A DNA stretch of 64,000 nucleotides, from contig JAKLFP010000008.1 in the NCBI GenBank assembly GCA_022711115.1, forward strand, positions 6,617 to 70,616. Reading direction: 5' to 3'. Positions 1 through 15,000 of this stretch are shown here, one piece after another (within the stretch, counting starts at the first letter, position 1; each line of letters starts with the position of its first letter). The notes under the pieces are model-generated. The model made no database searches and was not told where the DNA came from. It saw only the letters and a program-made list of their open reading frames with translations. The translations under genes were made by a program, and so were the position numbers. Source of the stretch: Candidatus Omnitrophota bacterium. GTDB taxonomy: Bacteria > Omnitrophota > Omnitrophia > Omnitrophales > Aquincolibacteriaceae.

Positions 1-43
1 TTTTCAGATTATTGAGTTTCCCATCACCGGCTACGCGGGACCG

Positions 44-3000
44 GTGAATGAAATTACTTTCGTGGTGGATTATGGCACCGTAGGGTCGAACAAGAGCGGC
101 ACTTTCAGTGTGACCGATCTTTATTTCTTTTCGCCGCCACGCTCAGAAATGCGAAGCAGTATTCCTGAGAAGGAAAAACCGTTAGAAAAGATCCCGGTGG
201 GGATGGAAACCAAATTGGAACGGGTTCAAAAAATCGCGATCTACTTGATGCGTGTTTCTTTCCTGTTTTTGCTTGGTCGTTTGTATTTGGATATGGTTGG
301 AAAAAGCGGCAACCCTTTTATTGACATGCCTCTAAAGATCCCGATATGGCTGTCGGTGAGCGGAATTGCTTTTGGATATATTTTTTCGGCTATTCTGTTT
401 TTTTTAATCAAGAAGCATGTTGGGGAGGAATGGAGTAGCGGCACCCAGCAGTTGATTTCAGAGAAAAAGAGCCAGGATCCCATCATTTCAGAGACAGAAA
501 AAGACAATGCCGGTCAAGCCCCTGCTGATTTTTTGAAAAAACAGGACGAATCTACCCCGAGCGAACGATCGGAGATCAGAATAGCACTGAATAAAAATAC
601 GAAAATCCCGGATATCGCAAAGGCGCTGACCGGTTTGCCGGGATTGGAAGGCAAAGACAAAAGGCGAGCCGTTGCCAGGAAGATTCTGGAGGTAGCGACA
701 ACGGCAGGGGATAAACTCATCATTGCGGATCTTCAAAAAATCAAGGAATTGGCTGGTATTGCAACCGCGGAGCTTGAAAAGCGTTTTCATATAACACAAG
801 CTGCGCCGCGTGCGCCGCCGCTATCTAAAAAAACAGTTCCTCAAAAGAATTTTCTTTCTTTTAAAACCATGATCATCCCGGTTGCTTTGGCCGCAGGGGT
901 GACTGCCGCGGTTTGGCTTTGGAACACTTATTCTCCGATCGCCCGGGCGTATCAAACCCTTCTTGAATACAAAAATCAGGTCCCGCCGATTCCGTCTACG
1001 ATCACACGTCCCGGAGCCGAACATCATTCCATTCGTTGGCATGGGGCCCGCATGGAAGTCATCGGCGGGGCACACGGTTCAGACGTCGGCGTCGCAGCGC
1101 TCCTGAAACTAAGTAAAAATGAAATCATGCCTCATCCCAAGAAGTGGGTGCTGGTGACGGAAGGGTTGCTGGATGCGCAAAAAAACGGCAAAGAGGTTCT
1201 TGTCCCTGATATCCGGATTGCAGACTACCTCAATCGTACGTTCAATATTCCGGTCGAAGACGTGATCCCGGTTTTGGGCGATCCTGAGGTTGTGGAGATC
1301 CTCATGAAAAAGACAGGACTTCCCAGAGAAGAAATCTTGGTTGCGGACATGTTCCCTCGCTTTCATGATTTTCTCAGCATGACGGCCAAATTGCTTGCGG
1401 CTAAAGGGGTGGGGCCGGATCGAGGGCCCTCCTTCGATCAAATATTTGCCGCCTTTCTCGAAACAGTTCGAGTCCTTTATCAGATGCCCGAGCCTGAAAT
1501 ACGAAGGATTCTTTTAAAGGCCGCAAACGATGCGTCAAATTCGAATGAAGTCTTGGAGAAATTTTACGGACAGATCAATCTTGTGCGCGTCGAAATGCTG
1601 AAAGCGCGGAATGAAATTGCTGCCCAAAGACTGAAAGCCTTGGTGGTCAAATACCCCGGCAAAAATTTTGTCGTCATGATCGGCGCACTTCATTTACCAG
1701 TTGTCGGTTTAAAAAGCGACTCATTCACAACCGATGTCCGCCTTCCATCCCAATCCGATATCCAGTGGCTTGCCAATGACATTATCACTCACTCCCGTTC
1801 TGAGATGCGCTCGGAACCTGTTGCGCCAGGTGCTCCCCGGGCTCGCTCCGAGTTGAAAACAGAATCGGATAAGTTTACGAAGGCGATGAAGCGGGTTGAG
1901 GTATTGGGGAATAAGCTGACAACCCTTATCTCTTTTCGGGAGGACGGTCCTGGTGTAAAAAAATTAGAACAATTAGTAGAAGAAAATTTTTTCTCGCGCA
2001 GAACAAATTTTTTACGTTCCGAATTGCGAATGAACATAAAACCTATTTCCGAAGATCCTTTTAGCAAAAATAGACAAGTCCATTCATCGCGCCGCCAATG
2101 GTTGTTTCGAATGGGCGCCGGGGCAATTTTATTAAGCGCTGCTTGCTGGTTTACTGTGCGAAATATAAATTCAAAAAACAATAAAAAGAATCTTCCGTCA
2201 ACTTCAAAATCGATGAATTTACTAGGTCTTTATTTTGTAAACCATTCATCCTTTGATCAGATACAACCTGCTTTTGATAAAATGGATAGCGACATCGCTG
2301 AATATAAACGTATTCAAGCAGGCGATCCGGAGCTTGTATTTTTTCTGGAATATGTTCTATCAGAGGAGGGTTTAGTACAACTGGTCGAGCATTTCTCAGG
2401 GGTGAAAGCCAAAGATTTTGATGATTTGATTCAACAGCACAGAGAGTTAGTTGAAAAAAATTATAACAAACTGTTTTATGCCTTAAGCAATCAAGAATCA
2501 ATCGATAGATTTTTCAATGATACTAGCCAGGTTTTCGGTCAAATCGTTCAATCTTTGAGGAAAAAGTATGGGAAAAGAATCATATTTGTCGTAGAACGAG
2601 TTCCTTTTGAGGTGTGGCTTCGGTGTTGCAAGGCGCAACGCTTTCGAGAAATGGTGAGGTTGGATGAAAATGGAGATATTTCTAGAGAATGGCTCAAAAA
2701 TCATACATCTTATCTTCAGGAAAATGCCTTGGTTCAATTCCCGAGAGATGAAGCATTCAATGCATTCATGGTTGATGTGGGTACGAGAATTTTCCCTTCG
2801 GCTTTAAAATTTACCTTTCGTGGCCTCGGCCATCGGATCAATGAATCTCTTCTTGGAAGAAATATTAAGGATTTTCGCCCCGAAGATATCAGCGCGGACT
2901 ATATAGTACGTGAGATCGAGCAGCGCATACGAGACGGGGCGGACCTATCGTCAGCTTTGACCATGGCAAGTTACTACAATGACAATTTTGCTTCTTCCGC

Positions 3001-6000
3001 AACTGCTATCAGCGACATACGCACTTTCAACTTAGTGACTAACGAGTTTCAAAAAAATCTACTGAATTTGGCAAATGAAAGCCCTCAGGCGATAAAAAAA
3101 ATTCTTATTGAAAGTGTAAGCATTGATAAGGATATGCAGCATGAATCATCATTGATCGGGAAAGAAATTATTGCTTTAGAGACCTCAATTACGCAAAAAA
3201 CAGCAAGTGGACAAATGGTTGTTGCTGAAGATATTAAGAGATTTTCGCAATTAGAAGGTGAGTTTTGGAAAATTTATGTTGCGGGTAATGAGCGGCTTTT
3301 AGGGCTTAGTAGAAAGTACAATCTGATCTCACAAAAAAATTACAATCTTCTTCTCGAAGCCAATCGGCAATTGTATGCAAAGAGGAAAGTAGAAATTTTT
3401 TCTAAATTGGAGGCAGATCTTCCGATGGGTATTCGACAGCAATTACCCCGCTCGGAGATGAGAGCGGCCCAGGAGAAGAGCGAAACAGCGGTTGTGATCA
3501 GCCGGTTCAGGATTGATTTTTCGGATGCCCGGGAGCTCCAGAAAGATCTGGAAAAAATCGGTATTGCGGCCCAAGCGCCCGACGCAGAGTACATCCAATT
3601 TAAAGGACAGGACAAAGCGGTCGCCATTTCTGATTTTCAAGCCCTTGTGCTTGCCGCAGAAAAAGCCTTTGGCGGAAAACTCAATATCAGCGTTAAAAAA
3701 GACCCCGGAAGCGGGAAAAATATTTTATATGCGCATCGAGGAAAATATCCTCTCGCGGCTTCAAGCGCCGAAGAACTTATCATAACGCTCAACCGTGTTA
3801 TTTCCGCGGTCGATCTTTCCAAGACAGCTTATCTCACGCACAGCCTTGACATCACACTTCCCAAAAATCCGGCCCATCCGCTGGTCCGGGAACTAGCGGG
3901 ATGGGTGAATCATCCTGGAACCCTGGCCCAAAAAGTTCCGGATACGGATATGCGCAAGGTTCTTTTGGGCGCGATGATCCGGGAACACGCGGAGCTGGTT
4001 TTGTTAGACGCTTTTGGATTTGACGCAAAAACCATCGGGACTATCAGAAAAGAATTTACCCAAAAACAGCCTGTGACAGCTGAGAAATTGTTGCGGTTTA
4101 TTCACCGCACCAGCATGAAAAAAACCGATGCCCTTATGATATGGGTTAAAAAATACGGTCCGAGCCTTGTGCGGGCCGTCATTAATCCACTGATCCCTTT
4201 TTATGGTGTTTTAGGCGATGTGCTGGGCGAAGTCGGGCGGGGGATTGCGGATGAAAGTTCAGGATTTCTGGAAAAAGAAAGGGATGAAGCCGTCGTCCAG
4301 GAATTAACTCTCTGGCCTGTTCTGATTCGAACCTTTGTGGAACTGGTACCGGAAAAGATTCCAATGGAGGCTGCGGGTTTCCCTCCCAAAGTGATTCAAG
4401 AGCTCAAAGGCTTAAAAGATCCCATTGTCACCATGGCAGGTTTGGATGATCTTGTGAATGGACCGCGGTTTAAAGACTTAAAAGCAGCCACGCAACAAGG
4501 GATTTTAACTTGTCTTTTGAGTGTGATCCCGCAATTAGTCTCGCTCGAGGCGATCGGCGTTCATCCCAAAATCGAAGAGGAGCTTGGAGGAATCAGGATA
4601 AACGGCTTTATTGAAGATGGTATTCGGAATGTGAATGAACTTATAGACGCTTTTGGAAATCCTGAAAAATTCCGATTGATGGAATTACCTCCCACAACCG
4701 TTCGAAATCTTCTCCTCGCTTTATTGTATGCTTATCCCAGACATACTCTAGCTTCCCTTGTCGCACCTTATGCGGGATCTCTGACCGCGGGAGACTTGAT
4801 TGCTTATTTGGCTCCGGAACCTGTGAAAGAGTTTTTGTTTCCCGTGCTCAGACCGGTTTGGAATTCAACCTTGGATGAACTGAAAGCCAAATTTATGGGA
4901 GCAGAAGCGAGTATCCGCTCAGAGATGAGGTCCACTGATGCTATCACGCTAGATCTGACGCAGGAGAAAGGACACCGGGGTGTGGTGGAGCTTCCGGGAG
5001 GTATGGAAGGGCGGATCGATTTCGGATCGGGCGGTATGTATACCGCCAAGGAGCTGAGCGGGATCTACCTGACGTTTAAGAGAGACCCGAAGGGTGCGGT
5101 GCGTGTCCAAATTATTCAAAATGGGAATGTTAAACGACAAACGATCTTGCCGGGCAAAACGGGACGGGTCATTGAGATCCAGGGCCCCATGCATTTCGAC
5201 GAAAAGGTCCGTTTTGTATTCAAAAATGAACCAAATTCTTTTTTTATCAGCACCAACTCTCATTGGAATACCACACTTCATTATTGGCATGCAACGGGTA
5301 AATTTCAGGAAAGTTCCGGGGTTTTTCAGACTCCAGATATTCCGGGAAAGGTTCTTAGTAAAAAGGATAATGTTTCCACAGGCCTGAAATCCCTTGGCGC
5401 TTTCAAACGACTGTTTTTGAATTTAGCCTTGGGATTTAATATTTATGCGGTAGGTTGGTGGATTCACGCTTTCTGGGATCGTAGGCAGTCGGCTATTTTA
5501 TCCAGCCCGGTTCTAGAAATGAGTAAGGAGACGGCAGCGGTAGGCTGGTTGACGGTGGGGTTGGGGACTTTGTCGATCGGCATTTTATCATTTATCCTGT
5601 ACAAGGATTTTCGCAACAGTTGGCTGATTTCCCGGTTTAAGATTCCCAAGCGTGAAGCCGGCGAATCACCCCGCGTTCCGCCTTCCCGGTCCGAAGTGCG
5701 CATGGATCATCCGGAACATCTCCAGCTAAAGGTCCGTGCGATCGCGCCGGCTTTGCGGATACCTTCTTCAAAAACGGGAAGCGGCGAATTGACACTTTTA
5801 CGGCTGGCCCAGCGGGGATTTACCCCCGCTGAATTTGAGGCAGCCATTGTTTCAGGACAACCTCCCGAAGCAGCGGTTGCCGCATTGCACGGTCTGCGTC
5901 ACCCAGAGCACTATTGGCAAGCTTTGAGAGTTTTCTTTGTGCGCGCGGCACTGCTCCATGCCGTGTCATGGCTAAGTGGAGGGCGTGAACCTTCTGTCGA

Positions 6001-9000
6001 AACGATCCTGGAAGCGTACTTGGTATTACGCCGGGAAGGCAGAAGCGATCAAGAGATCTTTGAGTTTTTAGTCAGAAGACTTAATAACAACAAAGTGAAA
6101 GAAAAATTACAAGCAACCCTTAAGATTACTGCCGCCCAAGTGATCCGTGAAGCTATCGAGGCTCGAGTCTGGGTGCCTGAGTTTTTGGAGTGGGAACAAA
6201 AGCTTCGAGCGGTCGTGCAGGATGATTTTTTTACGGGGATGCTTGAGGCTCAATATGCGCCCGGAGATTTTCAAACAGCGGCAGAAACCGCCTTGCGACA
6301 GCCCCAGGGAGAATTTGCGCGTTCTTTTCAGCAAAGCTTTGAAGCTCTCGGCATCAAGGATGTTCCAAACGCCGGAATCCTCAATGTATTGCGCGCCTAT
6401 TATTTGAAGGCTTATCTCGCGCATCAAAAGATTTCAACGGATGAAAACGGTACGGAGCAGCCGCTGCTTGGCGGCCAAACGCTTGAACGCGGTTTGATCG
6501 TTCGAATTTATGCCGATCTCCGGAGCGAAGGAAAGAACGATCAGCAGGTTTATGAATTTTTGGAATTAGCATTGCGCACGCAGAAAAAAGCCATCGCATC
6601 CGGACAAAAAAGCATCGCTGTAGTTATTGAAGAAGCACTTAAAGCCCGTTCGGAAGTGCGTAGCAACTTCCGCACTGAGAGGAGCGGTTTTCAAACCGCT
6701 CCCGTACGTGCCGAAATGCGTGTTGCTGCCGAAGCTCGTTCTGAGTTGAGATCGGAACAGCCGGATCGGGAAAAGGCCTTTATTACAAGGGTTCTTGAGG
6801 CGGCTAGAGAGTTCGGTTTTTCAGGGCCTGCGGCGTTGGCTATTTTAATGAAAAGCATCCGGCCCGAACAGCCTGCCAGGAAACAAGCACAGGCGGTCAG
6901 GCAGGTGAGTATTGAATTTCCTATGAATACGCCCCTACCGGAAGCCTATCAGAAATGGCTGAGGGGAGAAGCCAATGAGCCGGAACATGTTTTGATTCTG
7001 AAACGCGAGGATGCCAAAACGCCGGCATTTGTACTAAAACGGGAGAACGGAAAAACCCGGGATTTTTATTTCGATACCTTCGGGCACAACAACATTCTTC
7101 TGATCCCTTATTCCACTCCGCAGACCGGAGAAGTTGGGTTCCAGATATTCCTGACAGCCCTGCCGGTAACTTCTCAACCCGTGAAGATCCGTGATCTGAG
7201 CTTGAATAAAGATCAGATGATCGGCGGGATCCAGGTCAAAGATCAAAGGACCTTTTTACCGGAGCCGAAGCTTTGGCGTGCGGCGAAAGGTTCTGCGACC
7301 GCGGGCCGTGTCGGAGCATACCAGTTTTCCGATCTTCTCAGCCGGCGCGAAGGAGCCGCTTTTGAGCGTTTGATGCTTATCGCGCTTCATGCGTTGACAA
7401 CAGGACAGATACGCTCACAGCAGTCACTTTCGACCGACCCGCTGCTTGCCACTTATGTGCAGCCGGACATGATCGTAACACTTCATGATAGGCGACAGAT
7501 CCTGGACGCAAAACGGGGCAAGGGGTTTGAAAATATCGCTAAATCGATCATGAAATATTTACTCGCGCGAGACCTGAACCCGGATGTCTTGGATGCCGGT
7601 GTGCCGATCGGGATAGTGGCTTTGAGCAGCCAGGAAATGGAAAACATCCGGAACAGTTTTTCACAATTTGAAGAAGGAAAAGATTATGAATTGATCCTCG
7701 CGGATGACCTGGTCAGTGAACTGGCTACGATGTTTCCAACCCATCAGAGGATCGGCGGAGAGCAAGGGCTTACCGTGGAAGAGATCCGGCAGAAACTCGG
7801 ATATTTACGACATGAAGGTGCGGGCGAACCGACCGAGGAGACCCTTGCGGCCGAGATCACGATGTTGAATGTCATCATCGGAAATCTGCAAATCCCTTCC
7901 AATGGCAAAAAGCCGGTCAAGACGGTGAAAGAATTAATCGAGATCGGAAAGACAAATCCTGACGAATTACTTGGTTATGTGCGGCAGACAGAGAGTCGGA
8001 TGGACCGGTTCGGAGAGCGTCCTCTTTACACGCAGGAACAACTGGTAGTGCTCCAGGTGAATCTTACGGAGATACAAGCTGCATTGAACGCCGTTACGGG
8101 AGATGCGGAATGGATCCGGGAACATCTTGCGGAGCATGAAAAGCTCAGGGAAATCCTTGCTGTGATCGACGCGTTGATCTCCAAGATCGCACGTCGAATC
8201 AATCTACCGGCCGCTGCAGTTGCTTCGAGAGAACGGCCGGGCATCAAAGTCGCATCCTTGGCATCAAAAGAACCAGTCAATCAACTTATAGCGGAACCCT
8301 TAAAAGCAACCGTACCTACCACAGCTGAGATGAAAACGCTCAGTGAATCTCCAAAACAACCCGTAGCACCGGCACAAGCGATTGAAACTCAACCAGCGCC
8401 ATTGCCGGCCGAAGCGATTGCAACCAAAGCAGAAGTAACGGCAGCCCCTGCACTGGTGGCTCCTAAGCCTGAAACCGTTGCTAAACCTGAAAAACCTTCG
8501 AAACCAAAAGCACCGCGACCTGCACGCGAACAACCGCAGGGCAAATATGAAAGCAAAGTCAATCTTCATTTGTTGGAACCCGGAACGAGCGTTTACGAAT
8601 CTGTTTTTGGGACTCATCAACAACCCAAAGAACCCCTGGATGCGGTCGGTGCGCTTTCAAAACTTTTACGTGTCTGGACCAAGCGGTTGAAGCCGGAACA
8701 GGACGGTATTCTCATCCGGGTCCAGCCCAGGAATCGTCAAGCAGCCAGACAGTGGGAAGAACTTGGAGCAAGATCGCTCCGTCAGCATTTTGGAAACAGG
8801 ATCGCAGATAGTCTTTCCTCACAGACGATCCACTTGGAGGGGATCCGCGGTGAAAGTCCTCAGGGTGTCTCAGCGATCAGAATCCCTATATCAGAACCGT
8901 TGGACATTCCGGGATTGCCGGAAGGGCTAGATGCCATTCACTTAGTGGAGGGGACGGGGCAGGGTTTCGCCTACCTGATGCGCAATACGCCTCATTTTAG

Positions 9001-12000
9001 GCTGGTCTATGAAAGGATTCAAAAACCGACTTTTAATTTTAATGACTTCCAGTTCCTTATCAGTCTGATACGCACAGGGGAACTAAGAGTTCTGGAATTG
9101 CCTGCCTATGGTTTCTTTACAGCTGAAGATATGACCTCTTTCATCATGAATGCGGATCTTCCCCAAGACATTGGCGCATTTCTTGTCTCTGAAGAAGAAG
9201 CGCGCATGATTCATGAAAAGAAAATGAAGTCCGCGCTGAAAAAACAAAAATCAGACTTGGTCGCTGCGATCACACAGGAAGTTGCAGCGGCCAGGAAAAA
9301 ACTCGAAACAGCTCTTGATTCCAAACGGTTAGCGCCTGGCGCTTTGGTAAAACTTGATGCGGCACAGGTCAAAGCGATTGAGGCCAAGATCGCTGAACTT
9401 GATGCCTTGAAGATCGTTGAAGAGCTTTTTGCCATCCGTTCAGAACTCCGGGGTGATAAGCAGGGAATTTCGCTGGAAGATGCCAGGCAGGCGCTGGCAG
9501 AGAAAAAAGCTGTGATCGAAGCTCAAATCAATGCGTTAAAACTTGTCGGGACCGAGCTTGAGCTTTTTGTACATCAGGCGGAGACATTGATCAAAAAGGG
9601 TGATCAAACCGCCATGAATAACTGGGAATATCCCAAAGTGCTTCATTATCAGGAGATCCGGAAGCTCACTCCGTCGGATCCGGTCATCCAGAGGTTAAAT
9701 GATCTGACGCTTTCGATGATCCTTGAGTTTAACGAGAAAAAGGATAGCGTTAGCGGTGATTTTCTGGCCCTTATGTACGGTATGATGGCCGTAATCTCAG
9801 CGATCTCGATCGCGAATGAAAAATCATTCTTTATCGAACCTGTGGCAACGGTCCTCAAGACAAGCGATCTTTCCGGGCTTGAGTTGCTTTTACATGCTAC
9901 CGTCCAGTTGCTGCCTCTGATGACACTAAGCGTGAGCGGAGGCACCCTCCTGACCGCGCTCTGCCTCTCTTCGGAGCAATATGCCCATGACCGCCGCTTC
10001 AAAAATTTCGTTCACAACTTCGCGGAAATGGAAATGAAGGCAAAATTTCAAAACAAGGGCATCATAAAGTCTGATCAGCATCGGAGGTATTTAGCGAGGC
10101 CGGAGGTCATGGCAGAAGCAGTGGCAATAGCCGAAACCGAATACCGTAAAGCTGAAAAACCGTCCGCCCAGTTGGTCGTGGATTTTCTTATGGGGCATCT
10201 TGCTGCCAATGCCAACGTGGAAGCTATGATGCACGCAATGGCTGGTCGCGTTCATGAAGCGATCAGCGCGTCTGAAAAAATCACTATCACAATTGATCCA
10301 AGGCGGAATTACGAATATGCCCGCGAGTGGTTTGAGAAGACGCAGCGCGCCGACCCCAACTATCCGCTCTGGGGCCGCGAACTTTTAAAAGATCAAACAA
10401 CAGAGAACCGGGGATCTCTTACCGCTCAGCTTTCCGGCGTGCCTCTTCATAAGCGGATCTTCTCGGCATTGTTGCGTGTCCCCATAAGGGCGGACAATGA
10501 ATCGTGTGGTGTTTTGGCAGGTGCTTTGGATATTTTCTTTGAAGTTCTGATGAACGAGGAAAATCATTTTGGTCAATCTGCCGGATTGCATTCGAAAGTT
10601 TCAAAGTTTTCTGCAGAACATAAGGTCTTGAGAACATTTGTTGAAAAGACTATTGCCAAGGGGAACCCGAACTATGCGGATGTCGAGGCATTCAGAAAGA
10701 GGATGGCGGCATGGCTGGAATTAGCCGAAGAGATTATTGGCGCGCCTGAATTTTCAGGGGATAAAGAAAAAATAGCTCGACAGCTTTTGAAGGTCCGCAA
10801 GGCCTTTACAGATTGGTTTGCGAAGCATCAAATACCATTTGCGAGGATCCCAGAAAATCCAGCAACCGGGAACCAAGAATACATCGTGGTCGCGATGAGA
10901 GAAGAAAAAAGCGGCCGTGTTTTCGTCGGCGTGCCATCTGCGACAGATTTCGGCAAGGAAGTAAACTCGGCAGCGGCAGAAGTCTCTTCGGCGGAAGTCC
11001 CGGTGATATTCATGGACCGCGATATTTCCTCTTTGATGATCGAAAAAGGATTAACCGTGATTGCCATGCCGCGGGATTCATTTATGGCCGGCCGAGATAC
11101 CGAGATGGTGGTGTTTCCGCAGTCCTTGTCTGGCGCCACCCTTGAATCTATCAAGTTGGATTTACAGCCTGCTAACAAAAGCTTAGCCGTGACAGCTCTT
11201 GAGAATGCGCGGGCGCATCTGTTGGAAATACAGATCGAAGCATTCAAGCGGTCCATGGAGTTTTTTAGGCAGGCATACGAAATGCTGCAAAATGAATCTG
11301 AAGGTCATCCAGCATCACGAGAAGATGAGCTCACGCGGTCATTTGAGCGTTTGGAAAAACTCTGGGAACAAGTGTCGCAATCGAAACCTGCCAGTGGCAA
11401 ATCTGTCGTGCCCTTTCTTGAGGAAGTCGAGACGCACAGGAAGACCTTGATCGGGATCCTTCAATCCGGCGTTGTATCCAGAGGAAAAGGGGAGCGTTTT
11501 CTTCAGGATTGGGCTCACCATTCAGCCTCAGATTATCAGTTTATTTTTCCGAAAGTAATCACAAGAGAAGACCAACGGTTCGGTGTTATAGGCTTTTTAG
11601 ATGCGGCAGGCGATTATTATGCCGCTTCCCGCGAAGCGAGTAACCGTTATGTTTATATCAACACAGCACATCCTGGTTCAAAGCCTCTGCGTTTCAGAGG
11701 CGGTATTCAGGAAATCATGTTGTCAGGCGGAAGATTAGTATTGGGCCGACTGGATACGATGAAGGCCGTGGGAGAAAAAGAAACCGCGGTGATCATGGTC
11801 GCGCAAGTGGAAGGGAACGCGCCGATAGCAACACGCGTTTTGAACGCATTTTTGGATACGTCCTTGACGCTGGATACAGAGTCCGGTCTGCTCCGTGAAA
11901 CCAATATTTCTCTCGTTCAAGCTATGGAAATTCTCCGGAAGACAGCTGTCGCACCGGATCAGCGCGAAGCGTTTCAAACCGATTTAATGCTTGTTCAAGT

Positions 12001-15000
12001 CAGCTATGATGGCTTCAACGAAGCGCTTCTGGCTGCCTTGGGGCAGGGGACGGTCCCGTACCGGGAAATGGTCAAGTTGTTCGAAAAAATGGCCTCGCTT
12101 CAAAGTGATTTTGAAACCATCCAGGAACGAAATCCTTCTATTAATAAGCAACAGCTTAATGTTTTTGCGAAGGCCGCTTTGGAAAAGTTTCTTGAGTGGT
12201 CCAGAAAACAAAGGGTTCCATTCATGGGGTTAGTATCCGGCGCTGAAGGGAAAAACATCAATCTGGTTATCGGGTTTTTAGGGCGGGATGGAACGCTTTA
12301 TATCGCAACCCAGGAATCGCACAGGTTCCGGGAAGTGACGGACCGCGCGGACGCGAAAACTGTTTCTTTTGACAATCTTCCTTCCTTTGTGAGAGACGAG
12401 GGAATGAGCATTCTTGCGATTCCCCAGTCTGCGCTACTTGAGCCTCGTCCCGAATATATTGTTTTTTATCCAGCGGTAGAATTGTTGCCGAGCCAGGCTC
12501 TTGCTTCCGATATCCCGATTTCTTCTGAGTCTGCAGCGCAAAAATCAGAACCAAAGTCCGTGGTTTTTCCGTGGGATGAAATGGAACTGGTTCCTGCCGC
12601 TCCGGAACATTCGCAAGCCGTATATGAGGCGTTCTATAAGAAGCAGACTTTCGCTGTAGACAAGGAAGTTGCGCTTGAAGGTCTCCCAATTGCAGAGAAA
12701 GTGCTCGCTCAGCTACGAAGAATGCATGCAACACAAAGGGATCCCTTTTTCAGAGCCGCTACTAAAGGATTTGAGCTTATGGTCCAAGCTCTTAGAACCG
12801 CTGCCGAAACAGGAAGGCTTTCTGTAAAACTTAGCAACCAATGCCGGACAGAATTAGAACCTCTTTATTCAGCTAAAAATGTGGATGACATGCATAAGGC
12901 TTCGGCTTTGAAATTCCTGCTGCCGTTTGCTGAATTTTGGAAGGATCACCAGGATGCTCTCATAAAGCGCGTCCAGGGTATCAATTATCGCGATCAAGAA
13001 AGCGAGCTTTATCATTTACAAGGGGTGTTAGGTGAGGATGGGAAACTTTATACGACGACTGATGCTATGGATACATTTGTTGAAATTACGGATGCAGCAG
13101 AAAAGAAAACAATCAGCTTGCCGGGAAGACAAGGACTTTTGAAAGCCCTCCAAGAAGGCAAGGCATTGATATTGGAAATCCATAACCCCATGTTGAAACC
13201 AGAGGAAATGGAAGCCCGGCTTACAAACCTTCTCATGCTTCGCTTTAAAAATTCTCCCGCCCGTTCCGAGGTGCGGGGAACATTGACACAGCAATTTCCA
13301 CTTGGAACCATCGAATTTGAATTTTTAATGCTCCATTTTCTCACGAAACTTTCGGAAGATACCGGCTACGATTCCGAAATCAGAGGAGACATTTTTGACC
13401 CGCCAGAGGTCTGGGGGAAGGTGACTGCAGAGGAGATGGACAACGCTGTCGACAAACTGGTAAGAGCGCATCCAGCGGGTATAGCCGGCGAAGAACAAGT
13501 TTCGCCCGTTTCATATCTTTTTGATCAAACCGGCATACTGGTTTTTGACAGAGCTTCTTTTTTGGCGGCTTTCGATAAGATGATTAACACGGAATTTTTT
13601 GACGACCTCATGGAAATGGCCGAGGGATTTGAACAGGCCTTCGACGATTTCGAGTTGGAAGATCCTCGTTTTAACGTCATCAAAGCCTATAAAGCAGCCG
13701 CAGAACGAATTCTCTATTTTAAATATCACCGCTCTGAGGTGCGGATTGATGAAGCAAAAATCAAACAGATCGTTGATGAACTGCTCGAAGGCGACATTCT
13801 GATGCAACCGGTTGACGTTACAAACTATATTCTCCGTCTCGGACCTTATTCCTCGCCCAAAGCCGGTGAAGTTTTGAAAAGCGTGTTTAAGAAATACGGC
13901 CTTCCGGAAGAAGGAAGCGGCCGTAGCTTGCCACCCGGTTCACCTGAAATGAAATTATCTTTCGCGATCCTCAATGAAATGATCGAAAGACATAGGAAAA
14001 GCTGGAACGTCGAACCGCCAGGGGGAGAAACTCAGACGCAAGGTCCCGCCCGCTCCGAAATACGTGTCCAAACATCCGATGTCAAATCGCCGGTCAGATT
14101 TAAGGACCTTATGGGCAGCTCATCGGTGAAAAGTTCGCCGATTCCCTCTCAAGACACACTTCTCATACAAGTTGGGAAATACCTGCAAGGTCTTCCGGAA
14201 GCAGATTTGAATGATATCTTGCACTCTCACGGGATCATGTTCCCGGAGGGTGTTCGCGCTCGTTTATTGAAAGGGTTTAAGGATTCAACACTCAAACAAA
14301 CTCTCCTTGCGAAGTTCGGGCAAACACTTAACCAAAGGGGAGTGATTGGGCTTGCGGTCAGCAAAGATTGGATCAAGCGGCTGACCAAAAGTGATAAAGA
14401 GTATCAGGTGGTTTGGGCCGGGAAAGACGGTAAGCTTTATCTTTTGAGAGAATTCTATGAATACTTGAACAACATTCCTAATGACGAGGAACGCGGAAAA
14501 GTCGCGGCGGCTTTGATCGTGCGTTTCCTTATTGCCAAGGAATTCCGTCAGATTTTGCGCGAAGAGGAAATGCCGCTTGAGGGTAAAATCCGGGAAAGCG
14601 TCAGAGCCGTTGAAGATTATGTGTATGCGGCTAGAGCCATCGCTCTTTCAGAATCACAGGTTGATCTTCGTGTCCGTGGTTTTGTCTATTTACAGATGTA
14701 TGAAAGAAAAGAGCGTTTTACGAGATATGCGGTTCCGCGCGTTGATTGGGGATCCAGAATCATTCGTCTCGAAACATTATTAGGGCGACTGTATACGCTC
14801 CGGGATCTTCTGGATACTCAGAAAGTAGTCAAAACAGAAGATCGCGAAACTTTAAAAGATATTGATGAATCCTACAAGCTGGACAAGGATACGGAAGTTC
14901 TCATTCGCGAAAACCTCCAAGGTAAATCCATAGAGCAACTCGAGGAATTCCAGAAGCAATTTTCCGATTCCTATCTGAAGATCAAAAGCGGTATTGCCAC

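Noticed and set aside
10828-12734. Antisense ORFs of 142-155 aa (10828..11256, 12267..12734) and many shorter ones inside the giant gene
   Set aside because: They lie entirely within, and antisense to, a 17-kb ORF with consistent coding character. They have no RBS and low-complexity translations, which is typical of spurious frames.
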